Origin: an archaeon
Lineage (GTDB): Archaea > B1Sed10-29 > JAJRYS01
Assembly (NCBI GenBank): GCA_024275665.1
Contig: JAJRYS010000018.1
Location: forward strand, 5,442-69,441
DNA: 64,000 bases
Direction: 5' to 3'
Shown: positions 9,175 through 19,757 of the stretch, piece by piece
Position numbering within the stretch: position 1 is the first letter of the stretch
How the letters are laid out: each line of letters starts with the position of its first letter
Position numbers and translations under genes: made by a program
The notes under the pieces: generated by a model
Seen by the model: the letters and a program-made list of their open reading frames with translations, nothing else
The model's database searches: none
Told to the model about the DNA's origin: nothing

Positions 9175-10674
9175 TTAATCACTTTTGTATTTTTTTCCTT
9201 TCTCAACAAGGCCTATTATCTCATTTTTGTTCTTATAATAACTTGCCACTATTTTTCCCACTTCATGCACGTCATTAATGCCATTGTCAACCATCCAGTG
9301 GAGTATTTTTTTCTTTTCTTCAAGGTCTTCTGTGAGTTCTCTTTGAGTCATTCCAGTCATTAGCCCTATTTCTGAGAACAAACGCATTGATGGTTTTTCT
9401 TTCACTATCCTATCTTCTCTTGGCTTCCAGCGGTAAAGAGTCCTTATATCAACTCCTGTTTCTCCTTTTGTCTCACCAACTGGCATGACTTCGGCAACTT
9501 CTATTGTTCTTCTTATCCCTATCCTCCTGTGCCTGTATTGCACTAATATTAAGTGAAGTGATTCAAGAAGTGATTCTGGAACATTAATAGGAGGAGTGAT
9601 TAATCTTCTTTTCATTTGCTCAGCACTGTCAGCGTGGACGGTTGAGTACACTGAGTGTCCTGTGTGCATTGCCTCGAACAGTACTTCTGCTTCTCTTTGT
9701 CTTCTGATTTCCCCCACTACTATCCTGTCAGGTCTCATTCTTAAAGCATTAACCATCAAGTCAAGCATTGATACTTCTCCTTTTCCCTCTGGGTTTGGTT
9801 CTCTTGTTGTTAAAGGAACCCAGTGCTGGAATTTTGGCAAAGACAATTCCCTCGTATCCTCAATTGATATTATCCTATGGCTTGATTGTATGAAAGGAAG
9901 CACTGTATTAAGAGCGCTTGTCTTACCAGACCCTGTTCCCCCTGTTATTATCACATTCAATTCATACTGAATGCATAGCCATACCAATGCAGCTACTTCT
10001 TCATTAAGCGTGTTTAGTTTTATGAAGTCAGTAATGGTCCATGGCTTCCTAGCGAACTTTCTAATAGTAATGGTGTTCCCTTCTGTTGAAATTGGAAATA
10101 GCGTCGCGTTAACTCTGTCTCCTGTTAACAAATGAGCATCCATTAAAGGATTCAGAATCGTGATCTGCCTTCCCACTCTTCTTCCAATAAGGTTGGAGTA
10201 GTCAAGAATGCTTTCTTCTGAAGGAAGAAAAATGTTCGTCTTTAGCCACCCATACCTCTTGTGGTAAACCCATACCGGCTGCTTTGAGCCGTTGATTACT
10301 ATTTCCTCTAATTCTTCATCAGCTAACGGAACTTCTATTTCACCAAGCCCGAACATTTCATTAACAATTAGCCCTGCAAGCATTTTCTTTTGCTTTTCTT
10401 TCATTTCAGGAAAATACTGGTTTATTTTTTCTTTTGCTTTCTGGTTGAATTCTTCCTGCATTCTTTGAAAAATTCTCGGATCAAGAACTTCTTTCATTCT
10501 TATAGTTGACTCTTTTATAAGCTCTGCTTTTATCTCGTTAAGAACATTGGCAGTAGCTGGTCCTACCTTAGGAAGAGTAACTTCATAGAATGGGACAAAA
10601 TCTTCTTTCTCAATTATGTTTATCTCTGCCTCAAGCCCATGAGTGTTAACAATATAAGTTTCAAACTTTTTCAT
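9175..10674 (-). CDS. type IV pilus/archaellum-type secretion ATPase (FlaI/TadA/VirB11 family)
   Basis: Walker A ITGGTGSGKTSALN, Asp box and His box regions, 499 aa. Confidence 0.85.
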   Translation of the reverse strand: MKKFETYIVNTHGLEAEINIIEKEDFVPFYEVTLPKVGPATANVLNEIKAELIKESTIRMKEVLDPRIFQRMQEEFNQKAKEKINQYFPEMKEKQKKMLAGLIVNEMFGLGEIEVPLADEELEEIVINGSKQPVWVYHKRYGWLKTNIFLPSEESILDYSNLIGRRVGRQITILNPLMDAHLLTGDRVNATLFPISTEGNTITIRKFARKPWTITDFIKLNTLNEEVAALVWLCIQYELNVIITGGTGSGKTSALNTVLPFIQSSHRIISIEDTRELSLPKFQHWVPLTTREPNPEGKGEVSMLDLMVNALRMRPDRIVVGEIRRQREAEVLFEAMHTGHSVYSTVHADSAEQMKRRLITPPINVPESLLESLHLILVQYRHRRIGIRRTIEVAEVMPVGETKGETGVDIRTLYRWKPREDRIVKEKPSMRLFSEIGLMTGMTQRELTEDLEEKKKILHWMVDNGINDVHEVGKIVASYYKNKNEIIGLVEKGKKYKSD

Positions 10675-11640
10675 TCAAAACACCCCTAATAATAAAACAC
10701 TTATGAGAACAGCATCGACAATCAAAAGGAAGATTATTGCTTGTTTTGTTCTCCTGTTCCTAAGTTTCACCACTAACTCATCTTTTTTCTCATAATGCTT
10801 TTTTATTTGTTCTTCAATTCCTTTCATTCTGCTGCTTATTTTGCTTAATTCATCTTCTGCTTTCTTCTTAGCATCAATCATGTTTTGCTTTTTTTCAAAA
10901 GCTTGTCTCTTAGCAATAAAAAACTCCTCAATCTTTTCTTCTATTCCCTTTACTTCTTTCAAAGCCGTTGCTCTTTCCTTATTCTTATTCTCAAGCTGTT
11001 TTCCAATTTTCTTTTTTTCTTTGTTCATTTTCTTAATAAGCTCTCTATACTTCTTCTCTCTCTTCGTTCCTTTATACTTGTCCATTTTCATTTCATAATC
11101 TTTTATTTTTGCTTCTGTTTTTGATATTTTTGACTCTATTTTTTTCTTCTCCTCTTCTATTTTTCTAAGTTTTTTCCTTGCTTTTTCAAGCCCTTGTTTA
11201 AGGCTCTCTGCTTTCTCCCCTTGCTTTTTTGCTTTTTCCCCTTCTTCCACTATTCTTCTCTCATGCTCCTGTATTTTCTTTCTTATATCTTGTTTTTTCA
11301 GGAAAAGCTCTGCAACATCCTTCTCAAGTTTTTTAATAACTATCTCCTGCTGTCTTATCATTGATTTCAGAGAAGGTTGTTTTTTAGAAACAATCTTACG
11401 CAATTTTGAGGGCTTTGTCCCTTCTTTCTTTCCTTCTTTTGGGATTTGAATAAAAGGAGGGGCAAGGGGATTTGTAGGATAAACTAATTCTATAAGTCCT
11501 TCCTTGTCAAGAATTGTGCACCACTCTTCTATTTTTTCCTCAGATACTCCAGTATGCTCTGCAAGCTGTTCAAGAGTTACTTGGCCTTTCTTCTTTGCAA
11601 GAGAATAAATCTCATCAACTATGCTTGTTATTTCTTCCAA
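10675..11640 (-). CDS. coiled-coil protein with N-terminal HTH and C-terminal TM anchor
   Basis: HTH-like N-terminus (LEQLAEHTGVSEEKIEEW), long K/E-rich heptad region, C-terminal hydrophobic segment. Confidence 0.4.
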   Translation of the reverse strand: MEEITSIVDEIYSLAKKKGQVTLEQLAEHTGVSEEKIEEWCTILDKEGLIELVYPTNPLAPPFIQIPKEGKKEGTKPSKLRKIVSKKQPSLKSMIRQQEIVIKKLEKDVAELFLKKQDIRKKIQEHERRIVEEGEKAKKQGEKAESLKQGLEKARKKLRKIEEEKKKIESKISKTEAKIKDYEMKMDKYKGTKREKKYRELIKKMNKEKKKIGKQLENKNKERATALKEVKGIEEKIEEFFIAKRQAFEKKQNMIDAKKKAEDELSKISSRMKGIEEQIKKHYEKKDELVVKLRNRRTKQAIIFLLIVDAVLISVLLLGVF

Positions 11641-11646
11641 TTTTCT

Positions 11647-12714
11647 TCACCATGTTATCATTTTTTTGTCTTTTTCTTTGTAATAGTAAAGACTTAACAC
11701 ATTATCAAATGACACTGAATTTCCGTCTTGGCTTATTGTTATTAAAAAGCCCCTGCTGTTTAAAAATATTTGCGAAGCATTTGTTTTCATAAAAGAGTTT
11801 GAAAAGTTGGAATCAGCATCAATGAACACAGCATCATAATACGAGTCGTTATTATAATCTATTACTATCAGATTATAATTAACTCCATAAAGAGATACTG
11901 TGCCATAATGCTTAACAGCATTTGTTCCAGAAGGATATGAGGGCTCTGTGAAACCAGGGTTAGTTGTTGAAGAAGTATCTGCTTGGAAGTGGTTTAAATA
12001 ATGTTTGAAGCCGCTTGTTTTATCAGTGCGTATCAATAAAGAGTGAGAGATTGAAGGAATGCTTGAATAGTCAAAAATAAACCCTTGACCATCAAAATCA
12101 ATGTTTAAAACATTGCCTGAAAAATTAAGCGAAATCGTGCAAGGGAAGGAGAGGTTTTTTGAAAAATAATCCCCTGCGTTTATTTCAAGAAAAATCGCGC
12201 CTATGTTCGTACAGTTGTCATTAATCACCGAAGAATTTGAAAAGTTGAATACAAGATGAGAGTAAGAGCCATTAAGAACTAGTTTGTCTGAAGGATAATC
12301 CCACACGTATTTTATTCCCACAGCAGAGGCGTTGATGTTAGAATAGTTTAGTGCTGCAAAGTCGAATGAAAGAGAGGAGTTAATGATTGTTGAGATTTTT
12401 GAAATGAGCAGAGAGTAAGAGGAAAGCCTGTTAGAAACATTCCCAGCTTTTCCTTGAAAAAACCTCTCCTGGATCAAATAATGAGAAGAATTGTATGAGA
12501 AGTTTGTTTGAAAAACATTATTAAGGTCATTCTCAAAAGCAAAAGATAATGAGGATATTGTGTTTGCTTCGAAGAAAGAGGAAGACAATGGCTTGTGTGA
12601 ATAAGAATATAAAAACATTAATGCTAAGAGCATTAGCAGTATGAAAGAAGTCATTACAGTCATTATGAATGCCTTACTCCCATACTTGTAAGTAAACAAT
12701 TGCATAATAATCAC
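11647..12714 (-). CDS. membrane-anchored pilus-associated protein, N/S/T-rich
   Basis: N-terminal hydrophobic helix, many N-x-S/T sequons, in pilin operon. Confidence 0.35.
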   Translation of the reverse strand: MIIMQLFTYKYGSKAFIMTVMTSFILLMLLALMFLYSYSHKPLSSSFFEANTISSLSFAFENDLNNVFQTNFSYNSSHYLIQERFFQGKAGNVSNRLSSYSLLISKISTIINSSLSFDFAALNYSNINASAVGIKYVWDYPSDKLVLNGSYSHLVFNFSNSSVINDNCTNIGAIFLEINAGDYFSKNLSFPCTISLNFSGNVLNIDFDGQGFIFDYSSIPSISHSLLIRTDKTSGFKHYLNHFQADTSSTTNPGFTEPSYPSGTNAVKHYGTVSLYGVNYNLIVIDYNNDSYYDAVFIDADSNFSNSFMKTNASQIFLNSRGFLITISQDGNSVSFDNVLSLYYYKEKDKKMITW

Positions 12715-13114
12715 CGCTTACAAAAGTCTGAACATTGGAGGAAACTGTTGAATCCTTTAAAGGTCTTGCAGATGAAGGGCTCCTTGCTTGAATAGTAACT
12801 ATAGGATTCATTGATGAATCATAAACCTTAATGGTTAATTGTTTTTTATGCTTGCTTTTAAACAACGTGCTAAGAGCATTTCTTAGCAAGGTTTGCGCTT
12901 GTAATGTGTTCCCGTTCACAGCATAACTCACTGCTCTATCAAGGTCTCCTTTTGCTCTCATTGCTTGCAAAGCAGTTGAAGTTTGCAAAGCTGTTTCAAC
13001 CCCTGAAATTTGTGAAAAAGGAAAAGACTGCATGAATGCTATTGCAAATACTGAGAAAGAAGCGATTAGTAATAAGGAAACCACTGCATCAAGAGAAAAC
13101 ACAAACCCCTTCAT
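12674..13114 (-). CDS. minor pilin-like protein (class III signal peptide)
   Basis: MKGFVFSLDAVVSLLLIASF N-terminus. Confidence 0.5.
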   Translation of the reverse strand: MKGFVFSLDAVVSLLLIASFSVFAIAFMQSFPFSQISGVETALQTSTALQAMRAKGDLDRAVSYAVNGNTLQAQTLLRNALSTLFKSKHKKQLTIKVYDSSMNPIVTIQARSPSSARPLKDSTVSSNVQTFVSGDYYAIVYLQVWE

Positions 13115-13548
13115 TCAAACACCCTCACTCTAACCACTACGTAATCTCCTCCAAGGACTGCAAACCTTTCAGCAGTTGAAAGTCTTGTAGGATTCTTGAA
13201 AGAAAGCCCTGCTGATAATTGAACTGAATCAACTGATTTTGTTTTTCTTGTATGAGCGTCAATAATGCTTATTGAAAAATTATAGGATATTCCAAACATT
13301 TGGCTTAGTTGGGCATAATCTTTCGAAAACAACGCCTTCGCAGTATTCTCATCAATTACAGAATTTTGGGAAACATTGTTCATAACTTGAGAAATTAGCG
13401 CCTGCGCTGCTCTGTCAAGCCTTGAAGAAGAGTAAGAGTAGTCAATTTCCTCAAGCATTATTTGGTGAACAAACAAAGCCAAGCCTATTGCCATTATTAT
13501 CACTGCTGAAGCAGCCACTGCATCTGCTGTGAACAACTGAGCTTTCAT
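13111..13548 (-). CDS. minor pilin-like protein (class III signal peptide)
   Basis: MKAQLFTADAVAASAVIIMAIGLALFV N-terminus; 4-nt overlaps with neighbours. Confidence 0.5.
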   Translation of the reverse strand: MKAQLFTADAVAASAVIIMAIGLALFVHQIMLEEIDYSYSSSRLDRAAQALISQVMNNVSQNSVIDENTAKALFSKDYAQLSQMFGISYNFSISIIDAHTRKTKSVDSVQLSAGLSFKNPTRLSTAERFAVLGGDYVVVRVRVFE

Positions 13549-13943
13549 TTCACCACCACAGTGCCTCCAACGTTTTCAAACAACTGGTTTCCTCCTTTCC
13601 TCCATTGAATGACTTCAACACTTGAAGGAATTATCGTCGAAAAAGCCACAAAACCATTAGAAGTGTTCAACTCAAGAACATGAGCAGATGAATTAACAGT
13701 GATTGAATAATCATAACCAGCTATTTTCTCAGGCATGGTCATGTTTGTTGAAAACCCGCTCCCTGCCTTCCAAACCTTATTAACCTCTTCACCGATCATA
13801 GACGCAAGATTTCTTGCTTGCATGCGTGCGTTTTCTTCTTGCAGGTCTCCGTAATTTTTTATGAAAATTGCTGAGAAGATTGAGACAAGTAAGAAAAACA
13901 AGATAAAAATATTCATGAATTCAAGAGAAGCTTGTGCTTTCAT
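13545..13943 (-). CDS. pilin-like protein (class III signal peptide)
   Basis: MKAQASLEFMNIFILFFLLVSIF N-terminus (KAQ…E motif). Confidence 0.55.
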   Translation of the reverse strand: MKAQASLEFMNIFILFFLLVSIFSAIFIKNYGDLQEENARMQARNLASMIGEEVNKVWKAGSGFSTNMTMPEKIAGYDYSITVNSSAHVLELNTSNGFVAFSTIIPSSVEVIQWRKGGNQLFENVGGTVVVK

Positions 13944-16138
13944 ACTGGTTTCCTCAAGTAAAATGATTTCATATTTCTAATAATAACCGAAGATGAAGTG
14001 TACGCTGACACGTATATGTAATAAGTATCTTCTTCTGCTAATGTTGAAGTGTTAACAAGCGCAGAGTAATACCCATTCCCATCATCATTTACTGTAAGAG
14101 CTGTTCCGCTAACAGAAGCATAAATATTCCCTCCTAATCCTGAAACACCTTCTCCTTGCAAATCAAGAACCAAGAAGGAAACGTTAAAGATGTCCCCTTT
14201 AGTATAAACTGCTTTGTCTGGTTCAAAGGAAATGTTAATCTTCCAAACATTAGTGCCGTCTTCTCCAATCATGAAAGGAAACACTGATGAGTAGCAAGAA
14301 GTCTTCACTCTTAAATACCACTCACCGTAAGCATAAGAATCATACAAATAGAAATTACTTTGATAAGTGGGAGAAGCCCACGCGCTCTTATACTGTATTA
14401 TGTTCTTTGAAGAGTTAAGCAATTCGTAAGTAGCATATTCTGTGACTGCTTGCTCTGAATCATTATAAAAAGTTGCTGTGAAATACATTCTAGGATCGCA
14501 TGAAGAATACTGCGCATAATTAGTATTAACAGACTTCTGTGGAAAAGCAGTACAAAGAGGAGTAGTGTTGTAATAAATTGAAAGCAAAGCATAGTCAAGC
14601 AGCATTGTTCTGGTGCCTCCTCCTGAACTCGTCCTAACTCCTCTTAGTCTTAATTCAACTCTATTGGCTTTGCTTACAGTGGTTATGAAGCTGGTTAAAT
14701 CGCATGTTTCAGTAAAATCAGAAGAAGAAATGGTAAGGCTGCATGCAGGAGCCCATGATGACCCGTCAAAATAATCAACATACAAGTAATTAACATTCTC
14801 AGCATGTTCAAGAGTGATGTTAGCTTGCTGAACAGTTGCTTCTGCAGGGATAGAATTGCTCCAATTCATATAAATATAATTCTCCTGCTGCCATGAAAAC
14901 AAATAAGCCACTGCGTAAACATCATCACTCGCACTCACATCAGTAGTAGCATCTCCAAAGTCATCCTCTGCATAATCAGGAGTTTTCTGAAGCGTGCTCG
15001 TACTAATAGTATAATTGATTAAAAAAGAAGTACTTGCCTGTAGTGAATCATCATTCTGATCAACCACTGTGATGTAATAGGTTCCTGGGCAAGCGTAATT
15101 CACACCCCATGAATGGCTGAAACCACCAGTGGAATTAGTAGAAACATTCTGAGGATAACCTACTGCGTTGCTTGATAAGTTGTCTTTAATCCATAATTTT
15201 ACTATTGAATTATTACCAAACCCAGTCCCATATATTTGCACTGTTTCAGTAGCATTGTAAATACCCTTGTCAGTCCATACTTCAGGACCAATAGCTCCTA
15301 CTGTGAAGCACATCTCGTTAGTAGAATTCCAGTTGTTAGAAGTGTCATTATACCAGATTTTCCAACACACTTTGGTTCCTGTAGTAATGCTCGTGTTCTG
15401 CCAAGTGAAGTTAGACCATGTCCAAGTATTGACAGCATCCCCCATATCCATCGGAGAGCCGTAGACGCCTGAATAATTCACCCATGAACCAGTCTCGTTA
15501 GTAGAAAGAACTGCGTAATCTAATGCTGTTTCATCCTTTCCCTGAGCATACAACAACACTGGATCTCCTTCTGCTGGAGTGCTTGTGTTCTGCCCTTGAT
15601 TCTGCCAAGTTGGAGGAGTAGTGTCAGGAGGAGTATAAACTATTGTTATGTTTTCATAATCCATGTAGGCATAATAAGTAGTTAACAATGCTCCAGAACC
15701 ACTTCTTGTTGCAACCCATCTAAGAGAAATGTCATTAGCTTCACTAACGGTGTTGATATAAGCTGACAAGTCACAGCTTGCTGTTACTTCTGACAATGAT
15801 TCTGTAGGAGAACAAACAGTAACCCAACTGCTTCCATCCCACCATTCAACACTCAGATCTACTCTTGTAGTGCTTGTCTCATAATGTTCGAAATTATAAA
15901 CAACAGAGTTTATAGTTGACCCTGCAGGAATTCCATTATTACTCCAAGTTGATTCAATGTAGTCTGTTAAGTCAAAAAGGTTGACATCCAACGTTGCTCT
16001 CACATCATCACTTGCACTTACCTCTGTTAATACATTAGTCCCGTCATCTTCGAAGGCAGAGTCAGGAGACTGAGAGAAAGTAGAGGCTATTGAAATCGTC
16101 GCAAGCATCACTAATAATAATACTATTTTCAACTGCAT
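13940..16138 (-). CDS. large secreted surface/adhesin protein (732 aa) with internal duplication
   Basis: Signal peptide, S/T/N-rich, two similar segments (…SASDDVRATLDVNLFDLTDY… and …SASDDVYAVAYLFSW…). Confidence 0.5.
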   Translation of the reverse strand: MQLKIVLLLVMLATISIASTFSQSPDSAFEDDGTNVLTEVSASDDVRATLDVNLFDLTDYIESTWSNNGIPAGSTINSVVYNFEHYETSTTRVDLSVEWWDGSSWVTVCSPTESLSEVTASCDLSAYINTVSEANDISLRWVATRSGSGALLTTYYAYMDYENITIVYTPPDTTPPTWQNQGQNTSTPAEGDPVLLYAQGKDETALDYAVLSTNETGSWVNYSGVYGSPMDMGDAVNTWTWSNFTWQNTSITTGTKVCWKIWYNDTSNNWNSTNEMCFTVGAIGPEVWTDKGIYNATETVQIYGTGFGNNSIVKLWIKDNLSSNAVGYPQNVSTNSTGGFSHSWGVNYACPGTYYITVVDQNDDSLQASTSFLINYTISTSTLQKTPDYAEDDFGDATTDVSASDDVYAVAYLFSWQQENYIYMNWSNSIPAEATVQQANITLEHAENVNYLYVDYFDGSSWAPACSLTISSSDFTETCDLTSFITTVSKANRVELRLRGVRTSSGGGTRTMLLDYALLSIYYNTTPLCTAFPQKSVNTNYAQYSSCDPRMYFTATFYNDSEQAVTEYATYELLNSSKNIIQYKSAWASPTYQSNFYLYDSYAYGEWYLRVKTSCYSSVFPFMIGEDGTNVWKINISFEPDKAVYTKGDIFNVSFLVLDLQGEGVSGLGGNIYASVSGTALTVNDDGNGYYSALVNTSTLAEEDTYYIYVSAYTSSSVIIRNMKSFYLRKPV

Positions 16139-17202
16139 GGCAATACCTCGAAAGTAGTTGTAGTGGTTGTTGAAGAGTCATTCAAATAAACTGTGTAATT
16201 CCCTGAAGGCTGCAACGCAGGGTCCCATGAATCACTAACAGTGCCATTTGCACTCGCTGTGAGTGTTTTAGGATATCCTGTAACTGAGTTGTTTGAAGGA
16301 TTTTTTATGTCAATTGTTAGTGTTGAGTAAGGTTCCCAACCAGCCCCTGTAATAATAACAGGAGATCCTATCCGGAATATATAATCCTGTGTTGAGTAAG
16401 AAGAGTTGTGATAAAACCTTACTATTACATGAGTAGAGTTGCAAAGTACTCCTCCTTCTGAGTAAACAGTTATTTCAAACAAAATATCCCTTGAACTGTT
16501 AGCACTTTCAGCTACTATCTTGCCAGTGTTCAAACCATAAGAAGCAGTGGTTGGAATGCTTATGTTTCCGTAAACGACTACGCTGCTACCTGCTGACAGA
16601 TTAACAGAATCCTGTGACAGGGTGATCCAGCCCCCTACTGTCCCTGTCTTTGAAAGGTTTACATTAAGGTTGTAGTCAGATAAGCTTACAAGAGTGAAGT
16701 TAAATTCTTGAACACTTCCCCTTTTTATATTGTAAGAAAAGTAAGAAGGAACTGCATCAAACTCTAATTCATAAGGAGTTACTAATACGAAGCCATCTTC
16801 TGTCATGTAAACAGTAAATACTTGCATTCCAGAGTGATTAAGCCAAGAGCCCCTAACTTCTGGGATTGTTGTTGCGAACACATCTGTTTCTCCAGCTCGT
16901 GTTGAGACTTTTAAACCAATCTCTTTTGACTCCACTGAAGGACCTGCAGTGCTTGGTTTTCCAATATAAGAAGCAGTGAAATTAACCCCGCCAGGAACGT
17001 AAACTGATACAAGAGTTCTTGAACCAGTTCCCTGAGCATATACGTGGTCAGCTGCTGATGCCAGTGCTTCAACTGCCCTTCTTGCTTGCATTATCCTTGA
17101 TGACTCTTGTGAAGACATATAGCCGTAATAAATGAAAGGAGTTAGTATGCCTACTGCCAGAGCCACTATTAAAACATATTCTATTGCTGACTGGCCACGC
17201 AT
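16129..17202 (-). CDS. pilin-like adhesin; start re-set to internal Met giving class III signal peptide
   Basis: ORF track starts 63 codons upstream, but MRGQSAIEYVLIVALAVGILTPFIYY is a canonical class III signal peptide. Confidence 0.5.
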   Translation of the reverse strand: MRGQSAIEYVLIVALAVGILTPFIYYGYMSSQESSRIMQARRAVEALASAADHVYAQGTGSRTLVSVYVPGGVNFTASYIGKPSTAGPSVESKEIGLKVSTRAGETDVFATTIPEVRGSWLNHSGMQVFTVYMTEDGFVLVTPYELEFDAVPSYFSYNIKRGSVQEFNFTLVSLSDYNLNVNLSKTGTVGGWITLSQDSVNLSAGSSVVVYGNISIPTTASYGLNTGKIVAESANSSRDILFEITVYSEGGVLCNSTHVIVRFYHNSSYSTQDYIFRIGSPVIITGAGWEPYSTLTIDIKNPSNNSVTGYPKTLTASANGTVSDSWDPALQPSGNYTVYLNDSSTTTTTTFEVLPCS

Positions 17203-17220
17203 GCTTTTAAAAACGATGAA

Positions 17221-18042
17221 GTGGTATTTAAATCGTTGGTAGCCATGCAGCGTAAGAAAAAAGTTGTGAAAAAACGCAAGACAGCAACTGAAAAGAAAAA
17301 GAAAGAAAACAGTAATCCAAAACCTCTTCCGAGTGAAGAAGAAATTAAAAAAGCAATGCAACAAGCAATAATGAGAGAAGAGAAGATACAAGAGAATAGA
17401 ATAAGCACTGGTATTAAAAAACTTGATTATTACTTGTCAGGAGGGTATCCTTTTCCATCAGTAATCCTAGTAATAGGAAGGCCAGGAGTTGGCAAAACTC
17501 CTTTCGCAATAGCGTTCGCAGCTAAGGGAATTGAGAACGGCAATAACGTATTATACATTTGCTTAAACAACTTTCCTTCTGAAATAAAACAAATAGCTAA
17601 GAAAGTAGGATATTCGCTTGAAAAAGCAACACTAATAGATGCATACTCATGGATTATTGGAAAACAAGGAGGAGAGTACAGCATCTCTGCTTTGAACCCT
17701 ACTAAGATTCTTGAAATCTTAGAAGAGCAGTTGAAAAAGGGTAAAGTTGAAAACGTAATACTTGATTCACTTTCAACAATGTACTTATATCATGATGAAA
17801 AAACCATTCAAAGGTTTGTCCAAACATTTGTAGCAATGATAAAAGAATACGAAGCATGCGGCATTATAATAACAGAACTAGGGACTTGCTCAGAAGAAAT
17901 GAACGCAATGCTTGAATACTTGACTGACGGCACTGTGTTCATTGACAAAGGAAGGATAGTTATTGAAAAAATGGCAGGAGTTGAAGTAAAGAAAAGAGAA
18001 ATGCGTTTTGAAATAACAAAGAAAGGAATTGAAATAGAGTGA
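17221..18042 (+). CDS. KaiC-like/RecA-superfamily ATPase
   Basis: Walker A VIGRPGVGKTPFAIAFA, KaiC-like single domain; Lys-rich N-terminal 60 aa may be upstream of the true start. Confidence 0.65.
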   Translation: MVFKSLVAMQRKKKVVKKRKTATEKKKKENSNPKPLPSEEEIKKAMQQAIMREEKIQENRISTGIKKLDYYLSGGYPFPSVILVIGRPGVGKTPFAIAFAAKGIENGNNVLYICLNNFPSEIKQIAKKVGYSLEKATLIDAYSWIIGKQGGEYSISALNPTKILEILEEQLKKGKVENVILDSLSTMYLYHDEKTIQRFVQTFVAMIKEYEACGIIITELGTCSEEMNAMLEYLTDGTVFIDKGRIVIEKMAGVEVKKREMRFEITKKGIEIE

Positions 18043-18046
18043 GGTA

Positions 18047-18508
18047 ATGAAATTAAAGAAAACACTTCAATTAAAGAAGCCAAAAATTGTTGAAAAAATA
18101 GAAAAAAGCAAAAAGAAAGGAGCTTATTTCACGATAATAAAAAATGGAAAAAATATTTACTTGACACAATACGAAGCCAGAGTAATGGAAGAGATAATAA
18201 AAAAAGGAGGAAGAGCTGCTTCAATAGAAGAGATTGCTGATTCAATTAAAAAAAGACAAGGATGGGTTTCTGTAAAAATAATAAAAAGGACCATTGAAAA
18301 ATTAGAAAAAGCAGGCTACCTAAAAAAGACCAGTGAAAAAAATAAAGAAGTTGTGGTATCCATTAATTTTAACAATTCTTTGAAAGGAGAAAGAAGAAAG
18401 CTTTATGAAAAACTGTTGGAAGAACAAAAATTCCAGAAAGCAATGAAATTAAAATACGGCACTATTGAAGAAAAAAAGAGAATATTAAAAGAATACGGGC
18501 TGATTTGA
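18047..18508 (+). CDS. winged-helix DNA-binding protein
   Basis: MarR/TrmB-like wHTH segment (LTQYEARVMEEIIKKGGRAASIEEIADSI…LEKAGYL). Confidence 0.4.
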   Translation: MKLKKTLQLKKPKIVEKIEKSKKKGAYFTIIKNGKNIYLTQYEARVMEEIIKKGGRAASIEEIADSIKKRQGWVSVKIIKRTIEKLEKAGYLKKTSEKNKEVVVSINFNNSLKGERRKLYEKLLEEQKFQKAMKLKYGTIEEKKRILKEYGLI

Positions 18509-18545
18509 TAATAATTTAAAAAAGAAGAAGATTGTAAATAAACAC

Positions 18546-19757
18546 ATGAAAACTAAAATTATTTTGATAATAATTGCATTACTTAGTAATTCTCTTGCCT
18601 TAATAAGTATAGTTTCACCAATTCCTGACTACACTTATTTTTCAGGAGAAAACGTTGAGGTTCTCGGAAGCATTGGTTTTGAAAACTGCTCAGGAACAGC
18701 AGTACTCTTGGTTGACGGAGTGAAAAAAGAAGAAGCCTCATTCAAAAAAGGAATTTTTTACAAATTGGAAAAACTGTTTGAAAACGCCTCGCTTGAATTG
18801 AACGAAGGCGAGCACTATGTCACTATAACAACTGACTGTGGTGAAAAAGAAACCATTTACTTTAAAGTAAAAAACAAACTAAGCATTGTTTTCAGCACAA
18901 ATGGAGACAAGTTCATGACAGGAGACGTGTTGGAGGTATCTGCTTATGCTTTTAGAAAAGAAAAAATATCAAACATTACTGAGATAATAATAAACAATCA
19001 ATCCTTCATTGGCCACTCTTCAATAAAACTAGAAAAACCTGGAAAAACAAGTGTGTTAATAAGAGCAAAAGATGAATTAGGAAACAGTGCTGAAAAAACT
19101 CTTGACATTGAAGTGTTTAACGAACTAAAAATAGATGTAAGCGTTGGTAAAGAAGAACTGAAACCAAACGAAACCGCAAGCATAACAGTGCTGTGTTTTG
19201 ACGTGCTTGGAAATATGAGAAATTGTAATGCCAGTGCTTACTGGTTCTCTAAATGGGCTCCAATTGATTCCCTCATAATCCCTGAAAACGCTTCACCTGG
19301 AAACTATACAATAAAAATAATCACAAGCAACGGAAGCAACACAGGGGAAACAACAGTAAAAATAAAAGTATTGAGAATTCCTGTAATAAAAGACATCATA
19401 ATAAAAGATGAGTGGTTTGAAGTGATAAGCACTGACCAAAACGGCAATAGTTTCATGACAAAAGTTAATGTGTCTTTTTTTGACAATCAAGGAAGACTAG
19501 TTAAAGAGGAAAACATACTGACAAACAATAAGTACAAAATTAATTTACCTCCTGGGACTTATTCAATTGTAGTTAATACTGCTGGAAAGTCTTTTGAAAA
19601 ACAAGCATCATTAAAAACAAGGGAAAGCACTGCAACAGGAAACATAAGCGGATTAGTGGTTGCTAAGAAAAGAGCAACATTAATAGCAGGGCTTGTAATA
19701 ATTGCATTGACAATAATGGCAGTATTACTACAAAAACGAGATAAAATAAAGCGCTAA
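18546..19757 (+). CDS. secreted surface protein with C-terminal TM anchor
   Basis: N-terminal signal peptide, beta-rich repeats, C-terminal LIAGLVIIALTIMAVLL then basic tail. Confidence 0.45.
   Translation: MKTKIILIIIALLSNSLALISIVSPIPDYTYFSGENVEVLGSIGFENCSGTAVLLVDGVKKEEASFKKGIFYKLEKLFENASLELNEGEHYVTITTDCGEKETIYFKVKNKLSIVFSTNGDKFMTGDVLEVSAYAFRKEKISNITEIIINNQSFIGHSSIKLEKPGKTSVLIRAKDELGNSAEKTLDIEVFNELKIDVSVGKEELKPNETASITVLCFDVLGNMRNCNASAYWFSKWAPIDSLIIPENASPGNYTIKIITSNGSNTGETTVKIKVLRIPVIKDIIIKDEWFEVISTDQNGNSFMTKVNVSFFDNQGRLVKEENILTNNKYKINLPPGTYSIVVNTAGKSFEKQASLKTRESTATGNISGLVVAKKRATLIAGLVIIALTIMAVLLQKRDKIKR

Noticed and set aside
14398-15472. Short ORFs inside/antisense to the 732-aa adhesin gene
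   Set aside because: Nested in a long, signal-peptide-bearing ORF with consistent codon usage
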